Source of the DNA: Eledone cirrhosa
Lineage: Eukaryota
Assembly (NCBI GenBank): GCA_964016885.1
Contig: OZ024755.1
Span: 37,324,001 to 37,388,000, forward strand
Direction of reading: 5' to 3'
Length of the DNA: 64,000 nucleotides
Numbering within the stretch: position 1 is the first letter of the stretch; every line of letters begins with the position of its first letter. Of the stretch, positions 27,195 to 41,503 are shown piece after piece. The notes beneath the pieces are model-generated. The model saw only the letters and a list, made by a program, of their open reading frames with translations, searched no databases and was not told the origin of the DNA. Made by a program: the position numbers and the translations under genes.

Positions 27195-29998
27195 AAGGGG
27201 TGAATTAACATAAATGAAGGGATAAACAATTGTTTCTACTTTAGGCACATGTCCAGCAATTACCCAGTGCATTACTGGTACTTCATTTTATCGACCCCGT
27301 AAGGATGAAAGGCAAAGTCAACCTCGGTGAGATTTGAACTCAGATCGTAAAGGGACGTAACTATGCTGGAAAGCATGGCCTCCGACCCTCTACCGATACT
27401 GCCAATCCACCGCTAGGGATTAATAATAAAATGTACTTAGAGTCAGATTTTGGAATCTACACTTTAAGTACAATTATGAGAGATTTAGATACAAATGAGC
27501 TGTGGGTCTGAAACACGAACAACAAATAAACAGAGATTGATTTATGGTTTGACAGATAAGTGCTTGTAGTAGGTATTTTCTCCTGTTGTATCAACTTAGT
27601 GAGATTGATGGTTCCTTGGTAGCTGGTATTAAGTGAAATTTTGGATTCAGTATGTTAAGGTTAAGGGGGTTTATTTAAATTTTGGGATTGCTAGTTCGAA
27701 TCATGGGGGTTTAGTTTTTGCAACATCAATAACAAAATAGCTTATAATTAAGACAATAACATCAACAATAAAACATGCATGGTAAAGAGATAGAGAACAT
27801 GATGAATAAAATTAGGGATAGGGTACATTGAGATGATAATAATAATAAGAAGAAGAGGAAAATAAGAGTTTCAAAGGAGTGTAAGAGTAATAAGATCATG
27901 TACTTAGAATTAAGTTCATCTGTTAGATATCATGGGTGCTAATATGAGATACGTAGTAGATATAATTGTGTGGTCCGAAGAATAAACAACAGCAAAGACG
28001 AGATTGATTTATGGGCTAAGATAATTGGTAGATGTTTGTAGACATTACTGCCCCATCTTGGTGGTATAGATGTAGGGAGGCTTGAAGGTGTTTATAGAAG
28101 TTTAAGATACTGAAATAGACTGTGTGAGAATGCGGATTTCATACGTTACAGTCTAAGTGGTTTTCCATTAATTTTTGGGAAGCTGGTTCGAATCACGGTG
28201 GTTTAAATCTCGTAAATCTAGTAGCAATTTTGTCTGCAGAAAATTGACCTTTCTATTTTGCTGTTAAGTAGCATTTTATCGTACCTTAAGATATGTAGCA
28301 ATTCAAGGTTGCAGAGCCCGCAATGGGACATACCACTGCTATAGGCCTTTGCGGCCGCTAATTTCGACCAGCTAATATTGTAATCAAGGTTTTTGTCCTT
28401 AAGTTGCCAGATTTTATTGGCGAGGGTTGTAGAATTCACCAGTGCACTGTTCCTCATTGAGTGTCTGGACATACCACCTTTTTTTAAATTCCACCGCAGT
28501 GGATCCTATGTAGTGCCAGGTGGAGTTGCCTGAGTTTACAGTACACATGTACACTAAGCTACAATCCAGGCACCTATTCCCTAATGGGCACTTATCTGGT
28601 AGGAGGCAATTGCAGTTTGATGTATTATTCCGTGCAGCTTTCACATTGCGGTTTTCTAAGTTGTTATGTGTGGGTTACGATTTATGCCTATTGAAGTTTT
28701 GCTGTGGTGTTTTCAGATGTGTTTGTGGTTGTGATGCTGTTGTTTGTTTGTGTTTTGTATTTGGTGCTATGTTGCGTGTTGGTGGGGGGTAATTTCCTTA
28801 GAGATATTTTTGTGGTTGATCTTACGTATGTGCGATTCTATGTTGGCTGCAGTCGAGTATGAAAATGTTATAGTTTTTCTATTGAAGATTTTATGGTATC
28901 TATGTGATGTAGGGAAGTGTTTACCTATTAGTTTAAAAAACGTAGAAGGCAGTTTAGTTCTTATAGAGGAGTTGAAAGTCGGATTGAACCATAGGTACTT
29001 TCTTTCTCTAGTTCTATAGTTTTGGGGGTTTCTATTATTAGTGCACTGTTCTACTTTATGTGCTAGTTGTCTAGTTCTATGCCTAGTCCTGTGTTTTTTT
29101 TTGTATGAGCGGGTAGTGTTGGTGTTATCGGGTTTGTTGACGTTGTCCCTGTCTGTTATGAACTCCAGCTTTTCCTTGTGTGCGTTATAATAATTAGCAT
29201 GTTGATTAAAAATGTCCCGGTTTGAGGATAGCGGGATATTCTGAGGGATATACTACGTGCTATGGAGTTAATTATGGATCGGGGTGGTTTGAGTTGTAAC
29301 TAATGTAGGCTAGATTTTCATTATTTTTATGGAAGGGTTGTATTAATCCGGTGTTTAGGTTTAGAATTACATCTAAAAAATTTGCTTTTTTAAAATTAAG
29401 TTCGAAAGGGATATCTAGGCCTAGTTTTTTGAAGAATGTTCTAATGCTTTTTTGTAATCTTTCCATAAGGAGCGTATCATCTCTATAAATTCCTTCTTGG
29501 AGGTTATTGAATTCTTTATGTAAGTTGTGTGCTATAAATATCCCCCACAACGTCCGTTATTTGCGCTGAATCCTTCGATCCTATTGTGATATCGAAGCTA
29601 TTCTTCCTATTTTTTCTTTCCCAGTAGCTATTTTCGAATTTTATGATAGTCCTAGCAGCTAGTATTATTTTAATTTCATCTGAGGTAAGGTCGGAGTTAT
29701 TTTGGGCAAAGGTTAGCGACATCAAGCGATTAGCGAGCTTTAAATCTACCAGAACAACGAAACAATTGTCAGCACTGTGAATAAAGCCTTTCTTGTACAG
29801 CCAACCACGTTACTCTTCTTTCTTTAATTATTATTACTCCAAGTATAACCTACATAGAAATTACCGCGACCTCGCTGCATCACTAGGGAAGCGTCTTGTT
29901 GAGTCAAACTAAGCCACACGTTAAAACCATCCACAACACGGAGTTCTCTAACTGGACTACCTCTAAGTGGATTACCTACATTGATAACTTGTTATACC

Positions 29999-29999
<1 letters not shown>
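26745..29999 (-). mobile_element. 5'-truncated Naiad-like PLE with 3' pLTR (family D, HHR 26799-26907) and inverted pLTR at the truncation point (29716-29999)
   Basis: FDITIGSKDSAQITDVVG, GIYRDD, NFLDV, SNHP, CNCLLPDKCPL..LVYMC..HYIGST..FKKRW, CGLCNLE..LLN; 29716-29832 is the reverse complement of 26743-26858; (TA)n at both ends. Confidence 0.9.
27227..27413 (-). mobile_element. tRNA-derived SINE nested in PLE 3' UTR
   Basis: Same family as 16832-17035. Confidence 0.85.
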
Positions 30000-30048
<49 letters not shown>

Positions 30049-30054
30049 GTAAGT

Positions 30055-30100
30055 ATGTATGTATACGTACATACATATATTATACAGACGTACAGTAGCA

Positions 30101-30156
<56 letters not shown>

Positions 30157-30283
30157 CAGGTACACATACATATATGTACGTATCAGCATAAATTCAGGCT
30201 GTCAGTTTGTTTACAAACGGACAAAGCGGGCGTTATAATAAACGTCCGCTAAACTGATACGTACATATATGTATGTGTACCTG

Positions 30284-30290
<7 letters not shown>
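30055..30290. mobile_element. Fold-back module related to 4311-4775
   Basis: aattc.ggctgt..tttgtttacaaac..ttataataaa.gt.cg..aaac.gatacgt shared; inverted arms 30150-30187 / 30254-30290. Confidence 0.65.
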
Positions 30291-30328
<38 letters not shown>

Positions 30329-30340
30329 TTAATATAGATG

Positions 30341-30391
30341 AGATTCTACAGGACTAGAACTGTTTCATTCATTAGAAATCATCAGGAATCT
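30341..30391 (-). ncRNA. Family E hammerhead ribozyme with full stem III
   Basis: AGATTC-CTGATGA-T-TTC-TAAT-GAA-T-GAAA-CAG-TTCTAGTC-CTG-TA-GAATCT. Confidence 0.85.
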
Positions 30392-31035
30392 GGGTATCAA
30401 AAAATAAATATGGTATTTATAGGTCTCTACAAGTGGTAGGAGAGGGTGGGGAGTGGAATGGGTGCAGGTCATTGGTTGATAGAAAAGGGAATTCATTAAA
30501 AGCTAATTCTACAAAGCTATAGTTTATTTTTATTTATTTATGTTTTTAGAGTAACAAGGGCAGACAGAATTCTATAAACAGGTTCCGGATGGCATACCAT
30601 TCCTTGTCATTAAGTTTCTCTTAAGCTAACAGATGTCTATAAAATCAGTGGGGGGTCAGTCATGGTCGATAGAATTAAAGAAAAGGGAGATTCTTTAAAA
30701 GCTAAAATCATTAAGGTTCTACTAAGTGACAAAGGTCTAGAGAATTCTGCAGACAGATTCAAAATACTGAGTGCATATCTTACTATTATCTTCGAACTTC
30801 TCTTAAACTAATAAGTGTTTCAAACTTTATTTTATCATGAGTTAAAGGTCTATAGATTTTTCCCTGGATTTCACTAAATTCTGTGGATGAATTTATATCC
30901 TGATTCTCTTTTGAGATGAGTTTGAGTTATTTTTCCTAAATCTTTCGTTAACTACTTTTCCCATCTTGACGTTATAGTCGCATATATGTTATAGAATGCC
31001 GTTAGCTTCTTGCTAAAACAATCTCTATACCTCTC

Positions 31036-31132
<97 letters not shown>

Positions 31133-31176
31133 ATAAGAAAAAGCGAAGTAGATTCAGATGTTAAAGTCCTTTAATA

Positions 31177-31362
31177 ATAATTGTTTCTACTTTTGGCACG
31201 AGGCCAGCAAATACCCAGTGTATTACTGGTACTTTATTTTATCGACCCCGTAAGGATGAAAGGCAAAGTTAACCTCGGCGGGATTTGAACTCAGACCATA
31301 AAGGGCCGTAGCTCTATGCTGCAAAGCATGGCGTCCGACCCTCTACCGATACTGCCAATCCA
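31177..31362 (-). mobile_element. tRNA-derived SINE
   Basis: Same family as 16832-17035. Confidence 0.85.
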
Positions 31363-31829
31363 ATAAATAAATATATATACCGTCAGAGCAGGTTGAAAAT
31401 GTTCCCATTAGATTTACGTCTGCAGGCATGGAAGACGAAAATATTTATGGCGTCAGTGAAATGTGCATAATCCCCCAAGGGAAGTAACTGCACGGTGTAA
31501 AGGCAGAAAAGCACCCTAGAACATGTATATCTCAACTAAAGGGATGGTTTAGCAGTAGGTGATGGGCAGTGCTTGGGAAAAAGTTAGGTGGCTGGTTAAT
31601 AGCATCATTAAATACTGTACTTAGGACGGACTTAATGGTGGTGTGATGTAGATAGCTGTGGGGGTAGGAGGTTATCCCCGCTCTAGAGACCAGTTGTAGA
31701 ACGAGTGTTGTAGCCTGTGTTTGCAATTTATTACCGTCTCAGCTCTACTATTAATGAGTTTGTAAGGTGAGCTTACTATATAATATTTCCATTAGGCACA
31801 GCTGACAATTCTTCCTAAAGTTGTAAGGC

Positions 31830-33505
31830 GTTGCTTGTTGTAGTGTCTGCAAGTTATTGAGTAGAGTTTCAGTTGTTTTAGCCTCTCCCAGTAACTTATC
31901 TCCTTCATCGTCGCATTCCTCTTGGTGTAGCTTCGTTGGATTGCCTCAAGCTCCGAGGTTAGTTTGATTCTATGGGGTGACCACAGCTGAGAACAATAGT
32001 CCAGGCGGCTTAGGACAAATGTCCTCCATAGTATCAAGATGGTCTCTCAGTCTCTTGTCCGGAAAGTCCTCAAGATCCAGCCAGCGAGTCGCCTACACAT
32101 TGTTGGTACCCTCAAGATGTGTGAAGAAAAAGATGCATCGTCGCTTATGTCTATTCCCAGGTCTCGTCTTGATTTCGAGACGAAGATTTCGATCCCTCCT
32201 GGCTCGGTGTAGTTGTGGTGTATTGTCTTTGTGTTTGTAGGGCTTGAAATTTTCCAGCATTAAACTGCATGTTGTTGTCTTCAGCCCGTTTGTATATGGC
32301 TTCCAGATCTTGCTGTAAAAGGGCAGCATCAGCCGGGTTTTTGATTGTCTGTGCAACCTTTGTGTCATCAGCATAGCTAATGGGTACTATTGAGGGTATG
32401 TCTGAGAGAGCCACCAAAACCAGTAGAGGTTCCCAAGACTGTGCCCGGGGGCATCCCACTTGTTATTGATGTTTCCTTTGAGATGGCTACATTGGCTGCA
32501 ACAGTCTGGCTTCTGTCTTTTAAGAAATCATGCAGTCACTCACCTACTTTTCCAGTCTGCCAAGTCTGTGTAGTTTGTGACATATCATTCCGTGGTCGAC
32601 CTTGTCAAAGGTCTTCGCAAAATCAAGATATATCACGTCCACATGTGAGCTATCCAGCAGTTGCTTCAGTACCCAGTCATAGTGTTGTAGCAGCTGTGTA
32701 AGGCAGATTTCATGCTGCGTGCTAGATTTTCCTCGAGGGACGTGACTAGTTTCTTTCTGATGATTCGTTTTATGACCTTACTGATATGTGACGTCAGGGA
32801 GACAGGCCTGCAATTTTTGGAAATTCCAATTTTAAATAGTGCCTGTTTCAGATAGGTTTCCCTCTTGTTTTACGGTTGTGCATTTAAATGGTTTGAGAGC
32901 TTAGTTCTTCGTCTCATAAGGATTTTCATGTCTCTGGGAATAGATTTTTGGCCTTTTTTCCGGAACAAACTTATGGCATATAGATTGTATTGTTGTCATG
33001 AAATGTTGAAAATGTGTGTTGGTGTCTTGTGTGGTGATGTTGTCGCTTCAGTTTTGGTTCCGGATCTCTTTCTGGATCTTTTTCCAGTTAGCCTTGTGAA
33101 AGTTTAGGCTGGATAAATTCCCGGTGCTTCTTAATGGTTGCGTCTCTCTCAAACCACATATCATTAGTTCTACTAAGTTATGGTCCGGGAAAATCGTTGG
33201 TGTCACCTTTACATTGTGGATGAGCACTGCATTACTTGTAAAGCAGAGATTCAGGATATTCTTGCCTCTTGTTGGGAAAAGTACTGCTTGTTCCATGAAC
33301 AGCCTGTGTGTGTTGGCCAGCAGAGACTCCGTCTGTCTCAGTTCTAGTGACGTCATTCCAGGGAGGAGGTGGCCCTCAGGCCATTTGACCTATGGTAGGT
33401 TAAAGTCTCCCAGCAGCAGGATGTTGAGACCCTGGTCCAGTTTGTCAAGGACTTCTTCTATTCTTCTGAGACTATCCTCGAACTTACCTTCATGACTAGC
33501 GGCAT
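31830..33505 (-). mobile_element. Degenerate CR1-like LINE (APE + RT), internally deleted
   Basis: [59 protein letters not shown]. Confidence 0.85.
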
Positions 33506-33517
33506 CAGGTGTGTGTG

Positions 33518-33581
<64 letters not shown>

Positions 33582-33606
33582 TGCATCTATACACACACAT
33601 ATATAT

Positions 33607-33637
<31 letters not shown>

Positions 33638-33652
33638 CATATATATATACCC

Positions 33653-33693
<41 letters not shown>

Positions 33694-33736
33694 CACACAT
33701 ATATATACACACATATACATACATATATATATATAT

Positions 33737-33785
<49 letters not shown>

Positions 33786-33885
33786 CACACATATATATAT
33801 ACATATATATATATATACATATATATGTCTATGTGTACATATATACATATATATGTACACACATACACAGACACACACATGTATG

Positions 33886-33916
<31 letters not shown>

Positions 33917-34008
33917 TAGGAGAGTGAAAGGGATCATGGGGAGATAAGATAGAAGTTAAAATATGCAGATATGTTAATCACATTATACTCAAAGCACTGC
34001 AAGTCAGC

Positions 34009-34057
34009 CATTGCTGATGAATGAAGTATACATCCTATACTTGAAATGCTTTCAGCG
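34009..34057 (+). ncRNA. Degenerate hammerhead motif in TA-flanked module 33918-34165
   Basis: CTGATGA-atg-AAGTATA-catcc-TATACTT-GAAA-tgct-TT; weak stem I. Confidence 0.5.
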
Positions 34058-34173
34058 AGGATTATAATTCATTCCTCATATAAGTTACTGTGTCACTTAA
34101 GACATATTCATGATCACGCTGGTGACAGGATTGAATTGGAAAGGCGTCAGATATCCATATATTCATATATTTC

Positions 34174-34209
<36 letters not shown>

Positions 34210-34269
34210 TCGTCAAATGAAACAGTATCCATCGTATTTCAATACAATCATTAACATAAAGATCGTTCC

Positions 34270-34316
<47 letters not shown>

Positions 34317-34366
34317 AATATGTGTGAATAGTTTTAAATTTCACAAATGGTGTATTATATATGGTG

Positions 34367-34399
<33 letters not shown>

Positions 34400-34402
<3 letters not shown>

Positions 34403-34589
34403 CAAAGGAATTGTGGTAAGGAACCAGATGGACCATAACGCACCAGAGTACTCAATACTTAGGGTAGTAGAGTGGGAAATCGGAAAAAGTAGGACCCCGA
34501 CGGCAGAGCTCAAGCCGTTTCGACTGCTATTTCAGTCCAGAAATAGCCGTCGAAACTGCTTGAGCTCTGCCGTCGGGGTCATACTTTTT

Positions 34590-34592
<3 letters not shown>
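34400..34592. mobile_element. Family C fold-back module
   Basis: Inverted arms ~34483-34532 / 34540-34590; GAAAC half-motif; TA flanks. Confidence 0.8.
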
Positions 34593-34630
<38 letters not shown>

Positions 34631-34631
34631 A

Positions 34632-34809
34632 TATAATTGTTTCTACTTTTGGCAGAAGGCCAGCAATTATACCAGTACATTACTGGTACTTTATTTTATC
34701 GACCCCGTAAGGATGAAAGGCAAAGTTAACCTCGGCGGGATTTGAACTCAGACTGTAAAGGGACGTAACTATTCGTCAAAGCATGGCGTCCAACCCTCTA
34801 CCGATACTG
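34632..34809 (-). mobile_element. tRNA-derived SINE
   Basis: Same family. Confidence 0.85.
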
Positions 34810-34872
34810 AATATAATATATGTATGTATATATGTATGTATGTATGTGGATATATATATGTATGCATGTGTC

Positions 34873-34903
<31 letters not shown>

Positions 34904-34914
34904 ATATTTATATG

Positions 34915-34969
<55 letters not shown>

Positions 34970-34998
34970 GATATGTATGTATATATATGTATGTATAC

Positions 34999-35060
<62 letters not shown>

Positions 35061-35559
35061 TATATATAGAGGGGAGTACCATATTTTTCCTCGTGATACT
35101 TTTGTCAATATTTGTCAGATGAAATAATTGATAGTCACTATATGGCATGAAGAGACACAGTTAGTGAAAACCGTATGACTTTACAATCACATATGACGGC
35201 AGACTAATTATATACAAGTTCATACAGAACATCAGACGTTCAATTTAAGTAGCTAAGCTATCCTCTTTGCATAAACTCAATTAGGATTTAATGAACATTA
35301 GAGAGCTTCACAATGGCATATATGAAATTGATTTCATTTCTAAGCTTTGGTGTTACGAATCTATAGGTGACGGTGAATGAGCAATTGTGAATGGCTAGTT
35401 ATTGTTGACAAGTCTCTTATTCACATAATTAAAAAAAACAAGGAAGTTAAGTGGTTATATGCAGCAATTTTCCATAGAGATTACCGTAGAAAAATACTTG
35501 TAATTTCTTGGTGTGACACAATCTTGAATAAGCAGGTGAAAGACAACGTCCAGCTCAGT

Positions 35560-35946
35560 AAGGTACATACTACTCATGCTCCGTTGGATTTGCAATGTCA
35601 ATATGCGTGAACGACTAAGCACAGAGGAGTTGAGAGAGAAACTGTGTATAAGAGGGATAAACTGCAGTGTGTGGGAAAGAAGACTGCGTTGGTATGGACA
35701 TGTGATGCGCATGGAGGATGACCGCTGGGTAAAGACGTGCCAAGAAATACCATTAGAAGGAAGAGGCAGTAGAAGAAGACCACGAAAATCATAGGGGGGA
35801 GAGGGTGAGAGCTGATCTCAGATCACTGAAGCCCATAGAGGAGATGGCAAAGGACCGTGACGAATGGAGAGATGCTGTCCTGAATAGGACCCGTCCCACC
35901 CTTGTAAGTAGGGAAAAGCGGATGATGATGGTGAATATGATGATGA
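35560..35946 (+). mobile_element. RTE-like LINE 3' end with (GAT)n tail
   Basis: MLRWICNV..RRLRWYGHVMRM..RRRPRK; DRDEWRDAV. Confidence 0.8.
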
Positions 35947-36279
35947 CATGTCTGCGAGGAGACCATTAAAGACCTCCTTCGAATGGAAGCCAAAAGAGTC
36001 GTACGAGGCAAGGCATACCGATCAAAATCTGGTTTGTTGAGGGAGATCTGTCAGACAGGGATCTGACCTTAGAGTAGATCCCGGACAAGGGCTTGGAACA
36101 GTACAGATATTTTGTCGACCAATGCGCCATAGGGATGCACTAGTCAAACTAAATCACAATCTTGACTTTTGATTCAATATCGTGTAATTCTAGTAGGTGC
36201 ATTGTTTTGTTAAAACAGCTGACGACTACTACTACTATTACTACTACTACTACTACTACTACTACTATTACTACTACTA

Positions 36280-36760
36280 CTCATCATCATCCGGCAGTCT
36301 CAGACGTAATGGACTCAACAATTGATCTCCACGTGGGTCTGTCGTTCATTGCCAATGCCAAGTCCTGGATTTCAATACCAGAATCTCTGGAGATGACATC
36401 GGGATAGGAGAGCTTGTGCCCCTTGTTATTAATGACTGCTTGTGGTTTCCAAGCACTAATGTGGACACAGCCTCGTAGGTGGCACGATGCCAGTGGCCAG
36501 CAAATAGGGGTAGGAGAGCTTGCGCCTCCTGTTATTAGTGACTGCTTGTGGTTTCCAAAGCACTAATGGGGACACAGCCCCATAGTGGCACGATGGAAGT
36601 GGTCAGCAAATCTTACTCTCCTTTTACGTACGACAGATATGCATGGGAGGCCGACATATATCTTTCTCAAAGTCAAATGTCGCCAGCTTATGTTCTGAAT
36701 GCGTTGAAGTAGGCGAGTGTAAGTGCCATAAAGGTGCTTTTGTTGTTTGGATGAAAGCAT
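36280..36760 (-). mobile_element. RTE-like LINE 3' fragment with internal duplication
   Basis: GTYTRLLQRIQNISWRH..VVRKRRVRFADHFHR; duplicated block 36405-36490 / 36511-36595. Confidence 0.65.
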
Positions 36761-36783
36761 CCATGTTTCACTTCCATTACTAT

Positions 36784-36819
<36 letters not shown>

Positions 36820-38066
36820 AATTGCCAATATTTCAACTGCTTCTACTACTAATCGATTGGATCCCGGTGGGACGAGTGCCATTTTCAAGTCTGATAGTCT
36901 TTGAACTTATTCTAAATGGTCGGCCTCTAAATATAACAATACCATAAGGTATAAAGTTTACCACTATAATATTTCTGTCAATCAGGAACGTCCCTAGATA
37001 ATGGTATTTCAGAGAATTTGATCGTTGATTCTAGTACTTTGATCGACCACATAGAATGCCCTCTTATTTTTCTTCATATTATCCAAGCATATGGACTGGA
37101 CACAGAAACTGTGGCGGTGGTGAGGGGAAAGAGTCAATTGTACTATTCATCTCTAGATAGTTATAGCAAGACTATTTGTCCAATACAATTCTGCACAGGG
37201 AAACAGAACAAAGAAAGCGTAATAAATATTCCTTCTTTATTATTTATTGTTACACACATAAACAGGATATCCATAATCCGTATCCCAGAGGAATAAAATT
37301 AATATGACGTTCTTCACAACACAGAAACAAAATGGTGGACGAAAGAACGCAGTAATCGTTCATTTGTTGGTTCGTGCTGTTGCCGTTGGGCACAACATAC
37401 ACAGGTACATATATACATATACGTACGTACATAAATACATACATACATGATGGCTGCAAACTCTGCTAAGAGTACTGCAATCGCTTGTCAGATTATAGAG
37501 TTTGATGCACTTTTAGCCTACAGCCAGCCACACGAACCTGTAACATATCCTGAAAAAGCAATGCCTGTGCTTTGAAGGTTTTTTAAGTGGGGAAAGGCCT
37601 TGCAGTCATCCAATCCCACTCTCTGAGCATCGAAAACACTACCCGAAAAGGAGAATTGGTCAACATCATCGGATGCTTTCGACGCCGCAGGGTTTTTTTT
37701 TTCAGAGTTTCCCCTCTCCTAGAAAGTTGTTGTGACAACAACTAGGGGCCTTTCACTTCTAGGTGGAAAAGAAAGTACTATTTGGATGGCCGTTGACTCT
37801 ACTGAGTACCTCCGCCCTTTGCAAGGTCTTGTATTTCATCCCTCAGGGTGTCCAAATATCACCCTCCTCACCAAGCAAGCTTGCTGAGGAGGGTGATATT
37901 TGGACACCCATATTGGGTTACATGTTACCAGTAGCGCTTGACTTGTGTCATTGACCACAGCCCCGAGTCAACTCAAGCCCGGTTAGTGAAATAGAAGGAA
38001 ACTGTTTGAAATGCCGTCGGATGGATAGTAGAGGTATTACTGAACCATTTGGACGTATTAGCAGTA

Positions 38067-38450
38067 AGCGGTGGACTAGCAGTGTCAATAGAGCGTCAGA
38101 CACCATGCTTTGCAGTATAGAGTTACTGCTCTTTACGTTTTGAGTTTAAATCCCGGTCTCGATAAAATAAAGCATCAGTGTCGCATTGGGGTCGATTTAA
38201 TCGACTTTCCCTTCCCCAAAAATTGTTGGCTTTGTGCCTAAATCAGAAACCATTAATACAACAAAGAAGGCGGTGGATTGGCACTAATCGGTAGAGCGTC
38301 AGACACCATACTTTGCAACTTTTGCGTTCTGATTTCAAATCCACCCGAGCGAGGTTAACTTTGTTTTTCATCCTTACGGGGTCGATAAAATAAAGTACCA
38401 GTAATACACTGGGTTAATTGCTGGCTTTGTGTCAAAAATAGAAACAATTA
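38067..38450 (+). mobile_element. Two tandem tRNA-SINE copies
   Basis: gcggtggac/gcggtggattggca heads, B-box variants and shared core. Confidence 0.75.
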
Positions 38451-38815
38451 TCATGAAGAGGCTATTTCGTTGATCGGATCGAACAACTGGAACAGTCAGC
38501 GTCGAAACGGACGGAGGTCCTTTCCATTCCAAACAGAATTGTTTTTTAAAGAAATCAGTTAAAGACCACCATGTAAAATCATGGTCCATCTTTGATTAAC
38601 ACAATGTTTTGATTGGAGGGGGGGGGCAGTTATGTGTGTGTGTTTGGGTGTAAACTAATTTTCCATCAAGAATTATACTAAAAATGGAAGATATTGTGTG
38701 GGAAATAACTAACAATGTAGAAATGTCGAATCGAAGAAATAAAGAGAGAAAATAACATCATTCTTTGAATGACAAAGAATAAATGAAAATATTGCAAGAT
38801 GAAATGAAGGAAATG

Positions 38816-38904
<89 letters not shown>

Positions 38905-40117
38905 AAGACAGAGAGAGAAAGAAAGAGAGAGACAGAGAGAGAAAGAAAGAGAGAGTCAGAGAGAGAGAGAAAGAAAGAAAGAAAGACAGAGAGAAAGAAA
39001 GAAAGTGAGAGACAGAAATAAAGAAAGAGAGAAAGAGAGAAAGAAAGAAAGAAAGAGAGAAAGAAAGAAAGAGAGCGAGAAAGAAAGAAAGAAAGGGAGA
39101 AAGAAAGAGAGAGAGAAAGAAAGAAAGAGAGGGAGAAAGAAAAAAAAGAAAGAAAACAGGACATCGAATAAGGAAAGTTTAGATGTGTGAAGACGGGTAT
39201 GAGAGAGGCGGGGAGGGGGGATGAGGAGAATGAGGAGGAGGAGGAGGAGAAGAAGAGGTGGTGGAGTAGAAGGAGAGGGAGGAAGGAGAGGGAGGAGGAA
39301 GAGGGGTGGGGGTGGGGGTGAGGAGTGGGTTTTAGTGGCGGAGGAGGAAGTGGAGAAAGAAGAGGGGGTGGAGGTAGAGGATGAGGGGGTGGAGGTAGAA
39401 GATGAGAGTGTGGTGCAGGGGGAAGAGAAGGAGAAGAAGGAGAAGGAGAAACAATAATAAATTATTCATTTTTTCACTGCAAAGACGTCATTAAAGAAAG
39501 GAACATGATTTTAGAGATAATACACACACACACACACACACACAGATACACACGCACACACACAGAGATACACATACACACACACACACATATATATACA
39601 TACACATATACACATATATTTATATATATATATAGAGAGAGATGTATGTATATATATATATATATATATATCTTTTTCCAATGCTGCCAATGTGTGCGTG
39701 TATATGTATGTATGTGTATATATATATGTAAGTGTATATGTATGTGTATATGTATGTGTATATGTGTGTGCATATGTATGTGTGTGCAATAAAGTAATAA
39801 ATAAGAGCGGAGGGGGGGGGGGTGTAATGCAATCTATAGGAAGGGCAGGACAGTATATGGTTTCATGTTACCTTAAATAATTCGAGGTTAATATTTATTA
39901 AAAAAGTAGTCACCTAAAATTTGCTGTCAAAAGAAATAACGTGGTGATCCGTTGCGGAAGGCATCACTTTAATTTTGAAGAACAGGAATTTAAAAAAAAT
40001 ATTTTTTCATTCTTTTACTTCCGTTTAGATTTCATAAATGAAGCTGCTCCATATTCGAAATAACTTTCTCAACCTTTACAAAGGCTTCCCTGTGTTGTAA
40101 TGTTTCCTAATATTGTG

Positions 40118-40296
40118 TCTACTTGTGGTACAAGGCCAGCAATTTACCCCCCAGTGTATTACTGGTGCTTTATTTACTCAACCCCGTAACGATGAAATGC
40201 AAAGTTAATCTCGATGGGATCAAACCATAAAGGACCATAACTCTATGATGTGAAGCATGGTGTCCGACGCTCTACCGATTCTGCCAATCCACTGCC
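40118..40296 (-). mobile_element. tRNA-derived SINE
   Basis: Same family, diverged. Confidence 0.75.
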
Positions 40297-40841
40297 CCTA
40301 GTGTTTCCTGATGTGGACAATATCTAATCTAGCCGAGTTTACACTCGCAAATAAGAAGAACCAGGGCCACCCCTAGGAGCATTGGATTTGGTGTACTTCA
40401 TATTTGTTTCGGTTGCTGAATACAACCAGGGGTCACTGCTTCTCCTGAAGGTCAATAGTTCTCTTCTAACTCGAGCGGGAGTACCTTTCCATTGTCAATT
40501 TGCATTGATCATCTGCAAAGCCGCATTGTTCTCAGAACCACTACACCAGTCTTTCGATGTGTGTAGCTGGAACTACTGCCACCCATTGATTTGGCAGGAT
40601 TTTTTTCTTTTCTTTTTAGATGGCCGTTGACATTTATAAATTCTACCGCCCTTTGTCAGGTTTTGTTTTTTGTCCAGCAGGTGTCCAAAATCACCCTCCT
40701 CACCAAGTAAACTTGGTGGGGTTGTCGGTTTAGTCGCCGACGACCTGACCATGAGACAAGTTGTACTGGACTACATGCTACCAGTAGCACTCGAGAGTTA
40801 CCTGACATAAAAAGTATTGACACTATGTGACCAATTTATAA

Positions 40842-41059
40842 TGGTTTCTCATTTAGGCAAAAAGCTAACAATTTTAGGGAAAGGGGAACGTCGATTAAAT
40901 CGACCCCACTGCGTTACTGGTACTTTATTTTATCGACCTTGTAATGATGATAGCCAAAGCTAACCTCAGTCGGATTTGAACTCAGGACGTAAAATGACGT
41001 AATTATATGCCACAAAGCAGGTTGTCCGATGCTCTAACCATTACTACCAATCCAATGCC
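40842..41059 (-). mobile_element. tRNA-derived SINE
   Basis: Same family, long variant. Confidence 0.75.
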
Positions 41060-41453
41060 TTTTACCTATCTATATATTACTAAAACTCTGTGATTGTTTG
41101 CTTGTCTGTAATGTAATAGAGCCAAAAGGACGCATAATGGGAAAATATTTTGAAAGGGATTTGCCCTGAAATGGGAATACAAATGGAATAAAGCAAGTTT
41201 CGCGTAAATCGAAGCACGGGTTCCCGAGATACGGGGTTTTCCGGGTACCTTCATAAACAGAGAGAGAGAGAAGGATAGAGAGGAAGAGATAGTGGTTGTG
41301 AGAGAGTAGATTGAAAGAGTGACAGGGAAGGAGAATGGAAGAGAGAGAGCTGGTGTTGCTGTTGGGTGTTGTTGAGCGCTTGCCATCATAACTTTGATTT
41401 TGCGTTTCGTTTCGCTTTTTCCACCCGCCGAAATGCGATTCTCGCTGAATTTA

Positions 41454-41502
<49 letters not shown>

Positions 41503-41503
<1 letters not shown>

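Noticed and set aside
38709-39457. Charged low-complexity ORFs
   Set aside because: (GA)n/(GAAA)n/(GGA)n simple repeats
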